Assembly: GCA_003280265.1 (NCBI GenBank)
Contig: QCFJ01000001.1
Coordinates: 36,415 to 100,414, forward strand
Direction: 5' to 3'
Origin: Prochlorococcus sp. AG-363-G03
GTDB taxonomy: Bacteria > Cyanobacteriota > Cyanobacteriia > PCC-6307 > Cyanobiaceae
DNA length: 64,000 nt
This document shows positions 21,644-30,485 of the stretch, in pieces (within the stretch, counting starts at the first letter, position 1; every line of letters starts with the position of its first letter). The notes beneath the pieces are model-generated. The model was not told the DNA's origin, did not search any database, and worked only from the letters and a program-made list of their open reading frames with translations. Both the position numbers and the translations under genes were made by a program.

Positions 21644-22926
21644 TTATTATTAATTAGTAATGCTTTAAATAATAAATTTAATTCTCTACCATGCATGATC
21701 ATCAAGCCTTGTTTGATAGCCCAAGGTGATTTTATAAACATTTTCCACATAGCAGATATTAATTCTTTAAGGCTAAGTGTATTTGTAAGGAATCCATACC
21801 ATTGTTTATTAGGCAAACTAAAAAACTCAACAAAAAATCCTCTAAGTAACTTCTCTTCAAATCGCATTAATTTTTCTAATCCAAATTTATAAATAGCCTG
21901 TTTTCTTCTAAGTTCCGATGGCCATAATACTTGCCAGCCTTTCTTAGCAAGTGAGGCTGAGGATGCTTTTTGATCTTTCATTGCCAATGAAAGGGCTTTA
22001 GCAACTTTAGGAGCCCTTCTTAATAGACTGCCAACCATATATCCCGATGCAGGATGAACCATTCCAGCAGAACCTCCAAAGCCAAGGACCGGTTGCGTTA
22101 AGTCAGGGATAGGCATGTTCATTGGCAAATATGATCCGTGCTCTTCATGCTCAAGACTTTTTATTTTTATACCTCTGGTCTCTAATCTTTTTTCCAGTCT
22201 TCTTTTTAACTCATCAAGTGAGACTGGTGGGAAAAGACCTAGGGATGTTTCTTCTAAGAAAAACTTTCCATCTCCCATGTCCATAGCGTACAAAAATGTT
22301 GGAGCTTCTTTTCTTTCTTCTGGATCCAAATGGTCACAACGATAATCCATTAGTACAAATTGACCTTTTTCAACGGGTGGGGTATTGAATTCTCCTACAA
22401 TTCCATAACAAGTTTGAACTGCTACTGGCCCTTGGTTAGGAGCTTTAATAAAAACTGGTTTGTAACCCGTTGCGTCAATTACTAATCGAGCATTTAGTTC
22501 TTTACCATTAGAAGTCTTAACTGTGCTAATTAAATGATTGGTTTCTAAGTTGATTGCTGATCCTTTATGCCATTCTATTTCAGCTTTATTGCATTGTTGT
22601 AACCAATACGCTTGCAATTTATTTTTATCAAAAAGACCATAATCTCTATTGTGCTTTGTAACTTCATTTTTCTTGGAATTTGGATCCTTGTCGCCCTCTC
22701 CAAAATAACTAATGGTGTTAATCCATCGATGTTCTAGCAAATGACTTAGTCCAAGCTCATCAACCTCTTCACCCCAAATACCATACGTGAAGGGCCATGG
22801 TTCCTTTGGCGATTGTTCCGATAAGATTTCAACATTTAAGTTTTCACTTGCTAATGCTGCCGCAATTGATAGAGCACCTGGGCCTGAACCTAGTATTAGA
22901 GCATCTTTTAATGCACTAGTATTCAT
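21640..22926 (-). CDS. crtL: Lycopene cyclase (CrtL type, probably the epsilon-cyclase paralog)
   Basis: GSGPGAL, YGIW, FLYAM, FLEETSL and VHPASGYMV motifs; epsilon assignment from recalled synteny only. Confidence 0.88.
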   Translation of the reverse strand: MNTSALKDALILGSGPGALSIAAALASENLNVEILSEQSPKEPWPFTYGIWGEEVDELGLSHLLEHRWINTISYFGEGDKDPNSKKNEVTKHNRDYGLFDKNKLQAYWLQQCNKAEIEWHKGSAINLETNHLISTVKTSNGKELNARLVIDATGYKPVFIKAPNQGPVAVQTCYGIVGEFNTPPVEKGQFVLMDYRCDHLDPEERKEAPTFLYAMDMGDGKFFLEETSLGLFPPVSLDELKRRLEKRLETRGIKIKSLEHEEHGSYLPMNMPIPDLTQPVLGFGGSAGMVHPASGYMVGSLLRRAPKVAKALSLAMKDQKASSASLAKKGWQVLWPSELRRKQAIYKFGLEKLMRFEEKLLRGFFVEFFSLPNKQWYGFLTNTLSLKELISAMWKMFIKSPWAIKQGLMIMHGRELNLLFKALLINNK

Positions 22927-23036
22927 GGTTCCTCTTGAGGAACATTGCCGTTTGGTTGGAGTCGAAAAATAGAAGTTAAATTCTTGTAATAATATTTAGT
23001 TATTTGTTTGCCTCCTTGAAGTTCCACTTTAATCAC
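22923..23036 (-). CDS. Putative 37-aa upstream ORF coupled to crtL (not in ORF track)
   Basis: GTG...TGA gives MIKVELQGGKQITKYYYKNLTSIFRLQPNGNVPQEEP; its stop overlaps the crtL ATG (ATGA). Confidence 0.4.
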   Translation of the reverse strand: MIKVELQGGKQITKYYYKNLTSIFRLQPNGNVPQEEP

Positions 23037-23219
23037 CTCTGCCTATAGAATCAACAATAGCTGTTGATGGCATTAACAATGAATAGTATTAATGTTTTTT
23101 ATCAACTTAATGATTTTATTTTGTTTTTAAGTATATATGAAGACTTTTTGATTAAAAATTGAACTAATAAACAATTGAATTTAAATCCAAAATCATTTAA
23201 ATATTAAAACTAAAAACTT

Positions 23220-24242
23220 ATGGCAAGTAAATCAGATAATTTAAAAAAGTATAAACCTTTAACTATTTTCATCACCGGTGGCTCATCAGGTATTGGTTAT
23301 CAAGCAGCTTTAAAATTAATTTCTCTTGGCCATAATCTAATTTTACCATGCAAAAATATTTATAGGGCGAATGAATTATTAACTAATATTTTCAATCAAT
23401 TTCCAGCTAAATTATCTAGAAAAGGAGAAATCTATACTCCTATAATGGATCTTTCTGATTTGAAAAGTATTGACTCTCTATGTTTAGAAATTAAGAAAAG
23501 ACGATTGAAGATCGATATTCTAATTATGAATGCGGGCCTTCAGTATACAGGATCAAAAAAACCTAGATGGTCAACTCAGGGTTTCGAATTAACTTTTGCC
23601 GTTAATCATTTATCACATTTCTATCTGACACAAAAGATTTTCCCGTTGATAGATAAAAATAATGATCCAAAAATAATTATTACCTCATCAGAGGTTCATA
23701 ATCCTAACAGTGGTGGAGGGAGAGTAGGAGCTAGAGCCAGCTTAGGAAACTTAGAAGGATTAACATTAGGTGCCGGATTTGAGATGATTGATGGAAGTGA
23801 ATTTAATGCTGATAAAGCATATAAGGATAGTAAATTGTGTAATATTCTTTTTGCAAAAAAATTAAGTAGTAATTTGATAAAGAAAAACTTATCAATCCCT
23901 GTTATTGCTTGGGCACCAGGCTTAGTTATCTCTAGAGATAGTCACGGTTTTTTTAGGTATAGTAGAAAATATAATCAATTAGGTCAGGTATTATTTGCTT
24001 TTTTAGCAAGAGATATTTTAAGAATAACTACCTCAAATAAACAAGCAGGGTTACTTCTGAGTGATTTGGCTTGTTCAACTAAATATAAGAAACCTGGTTT
24101 CAATTACTATAGTAATAAAATTATTTCATCAGGTAAATTTATTTTTGAGAAAACGAATATAAGTAATGATGCCCAGAGAGAAGATTTATCTGATAACTTA
24201 TGGGAATTATCTAAATTAATAATTGATAAAAAACTTAGATAA
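23220..24242 (+). CDS. Light-dependent protochlorophyllide reductase-like SDR
   Basis: TGGSSGIG, NHLSHF, S.VHN and KAYKDSKLCN (LPOR-type YKDSK) motifs. Confidence 0.75.
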   Translation: MASKSDNLKKYKPLTIFITGGSSGIGYQAALKLISLGHNLILPCKNIYRANELLTNIFNQFPAKLSRKGEIYTPIMDLSDLKSIDSLCLEIKKRRLKIDILIMNAGLQYTGSKKPRWSTQGFELTFAVNHLSHFYLTQKIFPLIDKNNDPKIIITSSEVHNPNSGGGRVGARASLGNLEGLTLGAGFEMIDGSEFNADKAYKDSKLCNILFAKKLSSNLIKKNLSIPVIAWAPGLVISRDSHGFFRYSRKYNQLGQVLFAFLARDILRITTSNKQAGLLLSDLACSTKYKKPGFNYYSNKIISSGKFIFEKTNISNDAQREDLSDNLWELSKLIIDKKLR

Positions 24243-24249
24243 AGACAAT

Positions 24250-25266
24250 TTATTTATTAACATGAATTGTTTGGGTTGGGTATGCAAAGCTAATATTTTC
24301 ATGTTGGAACTTCTTCATTATTTCTAGATTAATCTCTTGTTGAGCTGACATTGCTTGAAGATAATCACTTGTGGGAATGTAATAAACAAGTTCAAAATCA
24401 AGACTGCTATTAGCGAATTCGATAAAATGACAACGATCGAAGATTGCATTTTCAGTATTGTCAACGATACTTTTAATCATTTCAGGTATGTTTTTTGTTT
24501 GTTCGTATGTGGTTTCATAGACCACCCCTAATTTATGAACCAGTCTTCTTTTCTTCATCTCAGCATAATTTGAGATTACTCCATTTGTGAGTCTGCTATT
24601 ACTCATAACTATTGCTTCTCCATTAATACTCCTTAAACGTGTTGATCTAACACCTACACTCTCAACTTTTGCCCAAATTCCATCAATATGAATAAACTGA
24701 CCACTTTGAAAAGGTTTGTCGAGGAGGATAGTTATGTATTCGAAGAACTCTTGAACGGGTTCCTTTAAGGCGAGTCCGGCTCCTATCCCCCCTGCACTTA
24801 ATAGAGCCCAAATAGCTGCCATTTGTACTCCCATATTTTGAAGATAAAAAATTACTCCTAGACTCCAAACAGATGCACCAACCATTGGACTGAGAGAACG
24901 AATCATTTCACTGATAGATTGATCATTGATTTTGGACGCCCATCTTTGAATTATTTTTAAAAAGACTCTATTTACAAATCTGACTATATAAATAAGGCAT
25001 AAAAACTTGCTTATTCCAATCAATGTCTTATCTACTATTCCTCCAATGAGTAAAACTTTCCATGCGACAATGAAACTTAAGATAAAGCCTAAAGGCTTAA
25101 TAGTTTCAATTAAAAGAGTAGCTATGTAGTCATCTGTTTTGCTTTGTGTCGCAGAGGTTATTCTCCTTAAAACCTTTTTTAAGACTTTTGGACTTACTAG
25201 GGAAATAATGCAACCTACACTAAAAGTAAGTAATGAGATAATTATGTTTTTATAAAAATCATCCAT
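24250..25266 (-). CDS. Small-conductance mechanosensitive channel (MscS family)
   Basis: TM helices plus ILLDKPF..G, G.VE.VG.RSTR and FAYPT motifs. Confidence 0.92.
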   Translation of the reverse strand: MDDFYKNIIISLLTFSVGCIISLVSPKVLKKVLRRITSATQSKTDDYIATLLIETIKPLGFILSFIVAWKVLLIGGIVDKTLIGISKFLCLIYIVRFVNRVFLKIIQRWASKINDQSISEMIRSLSPMVGASVWSLGVIFYLQNMGVQMAAIWALLSAGGIGAGLALKEPVQEFFEYITILLDKPFQSGQFIHIDGIWAKVESVGVRSTRLRSINGEAIVMSNSRLTNGVISNYAEMKKRRLVHKLGVVYETTYEQTKNIPEMIKSIVDNTENAIFDRCHFIEFANSSLDFELVYYIPTSDYLQAMSAQQEINLEIMKKFQHENISFAYPTQTIHVNK

Positions 25267-25332
25267 GATGTCAGATTACTTTTATTTCAGATTGCCTGAA
25301 AAAAATTTTTTGTCTAGCTATTTTCTTATTAT

Positions 25333-25941
25333 TTAATTTGAAAATGAATTTTTTAAAATTTTACTAATCTCCCTAAATTCTTTTCTATTAGAACTTTTAC
25401 ATAATTCACATATTAGACTTTCAGTCGTTGATGCAACTGCTCCAGAAGATATGAGGCTTAAAAAAGCAGTATCATTATCTATATCACTTCTACTTCCGAT
25501 AGCATCTCTTGGTATAAGAATGTTAAAACCTTTTGCTAAAAGATCAATCGATGTTTGTAGAATACATATATGACTCTCAATTCCACAAACTATTATATTT
25601 TTAAAATCATATTTTTTTATGTAATTTATAAACCGATCGTTCTTGCTACAACTGAATTCCATTTTTTCAAATTTAGGATATTTCTTGTTGTCTAAAACTG
25701 ATTCTAAAGTTATGCCCAGCTTTAATGGATTTTGTTCCGTAATGGCGATACGAACATTTAGTAAATTGCATGCATCTATTAGTTTTTTTATGTTAAATAT
25801 TAGTAGTTGATGCCCTTTAATATTATTAATAAGCTTTTCTTGCATATCCATAATAAGTAGCAATGTTTCATCCTCTAAGATTACTTGCCTATTATTATTT
25901 AATCTATTTAAGGGAGGAGTCTTTTTTGAAAACTGATCCAT
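25333..25941 (-). CDS. Isochorismatase-family hydrolase
   Basis: DMQEKL, TEQ.P..LG.T, K..FSC and GIESHIC motifs. Confidence 0.88.
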   Translation of the reverse strand: MDQFSKKTPPLNRLNNNRQVILEDETLLLIMDMQEKLINNIKGHQLLIFNIKKLIDACNLLNVRIAITEQNPLKLGITLESVLDNKKYPKFEKMEFSCSKNDRFINYIKKYDFKNIIVCGIESHICILQTSIDLLAKGFNILIPRDAIGSRSDIDNDTAFLSLISSGAVASTTESLICELCKSSNRKEFREISKILKNSFSN

Positions 25942-26017
25942 TTTAGGATATTTTTTGTATAAAATAAATATAAATCATTTAATAAAAAATAGTCATCAAT
26001 TACAACTAAAACACTAT

Positions 26018-26070
26018 GTTGCATATCATTTGTATTGCAAGCGGTTCTCATTACGCTAAGCTATTGAGAA
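26018..26070. promoter_or_regulatory. Fur-box-like sites upstream of the Fur-family gene
   Basis: ATTGCAAGCGGTTCTCATT (26034-26052) resembles ATTGAGAATNATTCTCAAT; flanked by GTTGCATATCATTTGTATT and an ATTGAGAA half-site. Confidence 0.5.
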
Positions 26071-26083
26071 AATAAAGCTGATA

Positions 26084-26542
26084 TTGATTCCTCCTTCTTC
26101 TTATCGTACTCATCCTTCTCCTTTTGAATCGGGCCTTCGATCAGATGGTAAAAGAATGACTCCTCAAAGGAAAAAAGTTCTTTCTTTATTTGAGGAGATC
26201 GGATCCGGAATACATCTCAGCGCGGAGGAGGTGCATTCCAAACTGACAATTTCTGGGGAAAAAGTTTCTCTTGCGACTATTTACAGAACTTTAAGACTCT
26301 TAGTCAAGATGACTTTTCTTAATGAACTTGATTTAAGTGAGGGCGGAAATAGGTTTGAATTGCTTAGTCATGAACATCCAGATCATCATCATTTGATATG
26401 TATTCGCTGTGGCAGGACAGAAGAGTTTGAAAATAATGAAGTTATTAATGCTGGTAAAGCAGCAGCTAAAAAATTTGGATTTAAATTATTAGAATTATCC
26501 CTAAATGTAAGAGCATTATGTCCGATGTGTCTTAACAAATAA
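26084..26542 (+). CDS. fur: Fur-family transcriptional regulator
   Basis: RMTPQR, HLSAEE, SLATIYRTL, HHHLICIRCG and CPMC motifs. Confidence 0.9.
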   Translation: MIPPSSYRTHPSPFESGLRSDGKRMTPQRKKVLSLFEEIGSGIHLSAEEVHSKLTISGEKVSLATIYRTLRLLVKMTFLNELDLSEGGNRFELLSHEHPDHHHLICIRCGRTEEFENNEVINAGKAAAKKFGFKLLELSLNVRALCPMCLNK

Positions 26543-26549
26543 ACCTTTT

Positions 26550-27494
26550 TTAAGTTAATTCTCCTCCACAACTAGAACCAGCTCCAGCAGTACAGCCAAA
26601 ACAATGATTTCCTATTGAAATAGGATTGTTCTTCAAGGAACCCAATGGAATTAATAGATCACCCAAGTGCTTTATTTCACCATCTCTCTTCATCCCAAGT
26701 TGTTGGTTGAAATCACAATCATATAGATAACCTTCCCAATCAACACTCAATGTTGTCCTACACATTACTGAACCAAGGTTGACGGGGTTATGATTATCTT
26801 TAAGTAATTTATTATATTCGTTTAGTTTTCCAATTAGTTTTAAATATTTTTCGTATCTATTAATTGGCATATTCGCTAAAACAAATAAATTTGAAAAATA
26901 AATACCGTGCCTTTCTTTAAGCTCTCTTCTATAAGTATCTTCTAATTCTATTTGTGATGGTGGAAGTTGTGGGCCGCTGGGATTATAAACAAGATTCAAA
27001 ACTAGATCACTATCTTTAATACCGTATCCATAAGAATTAAGCTGTTTAAGACCTAATATACTTTTTTTAAAAACACCTTTTCCCCTTTGTTTATCAACAT
27101 TTTCTTCGAGATAACAAGGAAGGGAGGCTGTTATTTGAACTTTATTTGATGATAAAAAACTTGCTAAGTTTTCATGATCTGGTTCTGTAAGTATTGTTAA
27201 ATTACATCTGTCCATTACTTCAACATTAAGACTACGAACTTCTTTTACTAATTGTTTAAATTTAGGATGCAGCTCGGGCGCTCCTCCGGTAATGTCTAAT
27301 AGCTTAATGTTATTAGCTTTTATAACTTTCGGGATGAGTTCTATAATATCATCACTCATCATTTCTGTCCTGTTTGGACTGGCATCAACGTGACAATGAC
27401 TACAAGATTGATTGCATTTATATCCTATATTTATTTGTAAAGTTTCGAGATTATCTCTTTTAATTTTTGGGAACTTTGTTTTAGTTATTTCCAT
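26550..27494 (-). CDS. arsS: Radical SAM/Cys-rich protein, ArsS (arsenosugar biosynthesis) family
   Basis: CNQSCSHC, DITGGAPE, YDCDFNQ and C-terminal HCFGCTAGAGSSCGG (DUF3641). Confidence 0.85.
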   Translation of the reverse strand: MEITKTKFPKIKRDNLETLQINIGYKCNQSCSHCHVDASPNRTEMMSDDIIELIPKVIKANNIKLLDITGGAPELHPKFKQLVKEVRSLNVEVMDRCNLTILTEPDHENLASFLSSNKVQITASLPCYLEENVDKQRGKGVFKKSILGLKQLNSYGYGIKDSDLVLNLVYNPSGPQLPPSQIELEDTYRRELKERHGIYFSNLFVLANMPINRYEKYLKLIGKLNEYNKLLKDNHNPVNLGSVMCRTTLSVDWEGYLYDCDFNQQLGMKRDGEIKHLGDLLIPLGSLKNNPISIGNHCFGCTAGAGSSCGGELT

Positions 27495-27571
27495 AAAACT
27501 ATATATATGATTAATATCTATTTACATTATAGTTTAAATCTTTATTTGTGTGAAAATATTTCATTAATAAT

Positions 27572-28771
27572 CTAGAATTTGTTAGCTAATTGTCTAAACC
27601 ATTTTATATATTCCTGTGGACCATCATTGATAATCATATTGAATTTTAAATCATCATTAGGGTCACTAACGCCTTTCATGTCAGTTCCATTAACTCTTGG
27701 TCTTGATACTTGATCATTGCAGCTGTTGACAAATATAACTTGATTATCTTTCTTATATGATTCTCCCAGCTTTTGTATCAAGGTTAAGAAGCCTCTGTCA
27801 CTTCCACCTCTTAACCATGAATTTTTTTTATCATCTTTGACGGAAGTAACTGTATCACCAATACCTACTAGCAGAGGCATTTGATCACGAGGAATTTTAT
27901 CTCTGCATAGGTCTATTAATTTATTAAGTGTCTTTGGAGCATTTCTAACATTGAAGCTTGCACCAAAAGGATAGACTCCAGTTTTTTTTGAAATATATTT
28001 ATTTAATAAAAATAAAAGACCTGCCTCTTTTATTGCACCCTTGATAACAAACTGTATATCTGTTGTTCCGAAATCATTTTGAGTGGCATATTTCATTATT
28101 TCTTTGCCATTTTTCAACCCTAAGTTTGGCATTAAATGCAGATGAAAAGAGTTTTCTAATCCAATACTTTTAGAATCTTCTAGTAAATTATTCATTATTT
28201 TTTCCATAACCAATTGCAAACTTTTTACTTTTTTTAAATCATTTTTAACCAAGGTAAAGATTTCATTGAAATTAAGAGTGGGAGTGAAACGTGTATCACA
28301 TACAGCTACATCAATTAATTTGGTTCTTAAGTCATTTGAAAGATTTGGTAAAAATTTCTTTAGTTCATTAGTTAACATCAATCGCATAATCTTTGGCACT
28401 TTTTTTAAAAAATTAATCTCATTATCTTTAAGCCCTGGATAGGAAGAATTGCTATATTTATCTTGAAACTCAACTCCACAGGCCGCAAGACCAGGGAGGT
28501 AAAAGCCATTTTCTTTTGCTTTTGTTCTTGAATTAAGTGCCTTCTCTACTAAACGGTTAACACCTCTTCTACCTTCATGCTCGCCACAGGTTAGTACTGA
28601 AAACTTCTCTCTTAATTTTGAAACGTCCTCCACATATTCTTTTTCGATCTCTCTTTTTAGAGGGTCTTGAACAAGGGGTATACATACCCCGTCAAGATCC
28701 TGAACTATTAGAATATTTTCTTCATTTGTTATTGTGTTGATAATTTCTTCTTTTGTTTTAAGAATATTCAT
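27572..28771 (-). CDS. stpA: Glucosylglycerol-phosphate phosphatase
   Basis: QDLDGVC, GEHEG.RGVN, PGLAACG, GTTDIQF, GDTVTS and RGGSDRGFL motifs. Confidence 0.9.
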   Translation of the reverse strand: MNILKTKEEIINTITNEENILIVQDLDGVCIPLVQDPLKREIEKEYVEDVSKLREKFSVLTCGEHEGRRGVNRLVEKALNSRTKAKENGFYLPGLAACGVEFQDKYSNSSYPGLKDNEINFLKKVPKIMRLMLTNELKKFLPNLSNDLRTKLIDVAVCDTRFTPTLNFNEIFTLVKNDLKKVKSLQLVMEKIMNNLLEDSKSIGLENSFHLHLMPNLGLKNGKEIMKYATQNDFGTTDIQFVIKGAIKEAGLLFLLNKYISKKTGVYPFGASFNVRNAPKTLNKLIDLCRDKIPRDQMPLLVGIGDTVTSVKDDKKNSWLRGGSDRGFLTLIQKLGESYKKDNQVIFVNSCNDQVSRPRVNGTDMKGVSDPNDDLKFNMIINDGPQEYIKWFRQLANKF

Positions 28772-28933
28772 AAAAGAAGCTTTAAAATTTGTTTAGTATA
28801 TTTCAAATAAATATACTCTTTTTTATAGTTCTTATTCTTAAATAAGTATATAGATATATATTTAGTATTATAAAAACTCTTTTTTAAAAAAATTCTTCTT
28901 TTTGTATATAATGCAATTGAATGCAAATAAACT

Positions 28934-30475
28934 GTGTTTGAGAAGAATTTAACTAATAGCTTCTTTACTGAAACTTATTCTAGTGAGCCTATAGCTAAAA
29001 GAATTAGTGAGGTTTTGAACGGAAAAGTTGGATTTTATAGCGTTGGTTTATATCCTGCCTCTCTTGCCTATAATTGTGCATTGCATAATCAAGGATTAAA
29101 CATTCTTTTAGCTCCTAGAGAAGGAAGAGAACTTTTTGGAGCTTTTTCTGATGTTGATCTTTCAGAAATGGATAACGGTATAAAAACTAAAATTGAATCT
29201 ATGGCAGTTTCCAATGTTGATAATTCCGGAACATATAATACTCTTGAAGATTTAATAATTAACTGTGAATTGGTTGTTTTAGGCTCAAATAGTAAGCATA
29301 TAATAAACGATGTTGACTTAGCATTTAAGCTTAGAAAAAAGCTTAATCGAGATAATGTTTTAATTGCATGCTTGGTGGGATCATTTTGTCATGATGAAGA
29401 AAAGAATGAATCTTTTGTATTGTGTGAAAAAATCAACAATTTAGCTTTTTTTTCTGGCTTCCATCGACACGGCGCTCTTCGAAACCCATTAGATAGTTTT
29501 ACTGCTAATTTTTGTCATCCAGATGCTATGAATGCAATATTAGGTTCAAAATTATTAAATAAAATTTCCCCAAATATACAAGTTTCTGCAGGTGTTCATA
29601 ACGTCGAAGGTCAATATATAAAAGCTGCTAAAAATATATCTTCTATTTTAGCGGGTTTTGGTCATGCTTTTCATAAGAATAATCCTGGATTACTTCCAAC
29701 TTTATTAACTCTTTTATTAGATCAATGCCTAGATCAGGCTGCTTATGTTTCTATGCGTCGCGCTGATAGAGAGAAGTTATATACAAAACAACCTTTTCCA
29801 ATTACAGAGCTTGGATATATCGTCCAACGTATAGATGCATCCTTACTTAAGGATGGAGACTTCGTCACGGTAAGAGATCATACTTTTAGTCAGTTGACAG
29901 CTATGGTTGCTGATGTCAGAGGGAGCATGATGTTGCCTGTAAGTGGTAATCCAACAAGGAACTTTCAGGCTGGTGAAGTCCTTGCTGGGAGGATGATTGA
30001 GTTAAAAAGATGTCCAAAAGGGGTAGATGAGTTTATTGAATGGTGCGAAAAATCTGGTCTTAAACGTGGAGCTTTAGAAGGAATAAATTCTTTAAATTAT
30101 TGGCCACATATCTTGAGGAAATATGAAATACCTTTAAGTAATTCTTCAATGATAAATCTTTTATATATGTGTATTATGGGACCTGCTGACATTAAAAAAG
30201 ATATTTTTAATGTCATGACAAAGAGTCCTGAATTGACTAATTATTGTCAAGAATCTGTTAAGTCATTTAAGAGTAAAAAGATATCTGATTCGCTAGATAA
30301 TTTCCATTTGAAAACTTCTATTGATTTTATAACTAAGTCACTTACTGATGAGAGTCGACTATTTTTTGATTCGAATTCGATTGATTTTTATGATCCATTT
30401 AATTCAGAAAATAAGGCGACTTATAACAAGGTCATTGATTATATTGAAACTAACTTGATAGAATCTGATTTATAA
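28934..30475 (+). CDS. Hypothetical protein, highly diverged NAD(P)H glycerol-3-phosphate dehydrogenase (GpsA) fold
   Basis: Colinear GpsA-like motifs: VGFYSVGLYPASLA, LAFFSG, AAKNISSILAG, TRNFQAGEVLA and LEG. Confidence 0.7.
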   Translation: MFEKNLTNSFFTETYSSEPIAKRISEVLNGKVGFYSVGLYPASLAYNCALHNQGLNILLAPREGRELFGAFSDVDLSEMDNGIKTKIESMAVSNVDNSGTYNTLEDLIINCELVVLGSNSKHIINDVDLAFKLRKKLNRDNVLIACLVGSFCHDEEKNESFVLCEKINNLAFFSGFHRHGALRNPLDSFTANFCHPDAMNAILGSKLLNKISPNIQVSAGVHNVEGQYIKAAKNISSILAGFGHAFHKNNPGLLPTLLTLLLDQCLDQAAYVSMRRADREKLYTKQPFPITELGYIVQRIDASLLKDGDFVTVRDHTFSQLTAMVADVRGSMMLPVSGNPTRNFQAGEVLAGRMIELKRCPKGVDEFIEWCEKSGLKRGALEGINSLNYWPHILRKYEIPLSNSSMINLLYMCIMGPADIKKDIFNVMTKSPELTNYCQESVKSFKSKKISDSLDNFHLKTSIDFITKSLTDESRLFFDSNSIDFYDPFNSENKATYNKVIDYIETNLIESDL

Positions 30476-30485
30476 ACTAAATTCT

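Noticed and set aside
26550-26600. Possible selenocysteine at the ArsS C-terminus
   Set aside because: The codon is TGT (Cys) in SSCGG; there is no in-frame TGA
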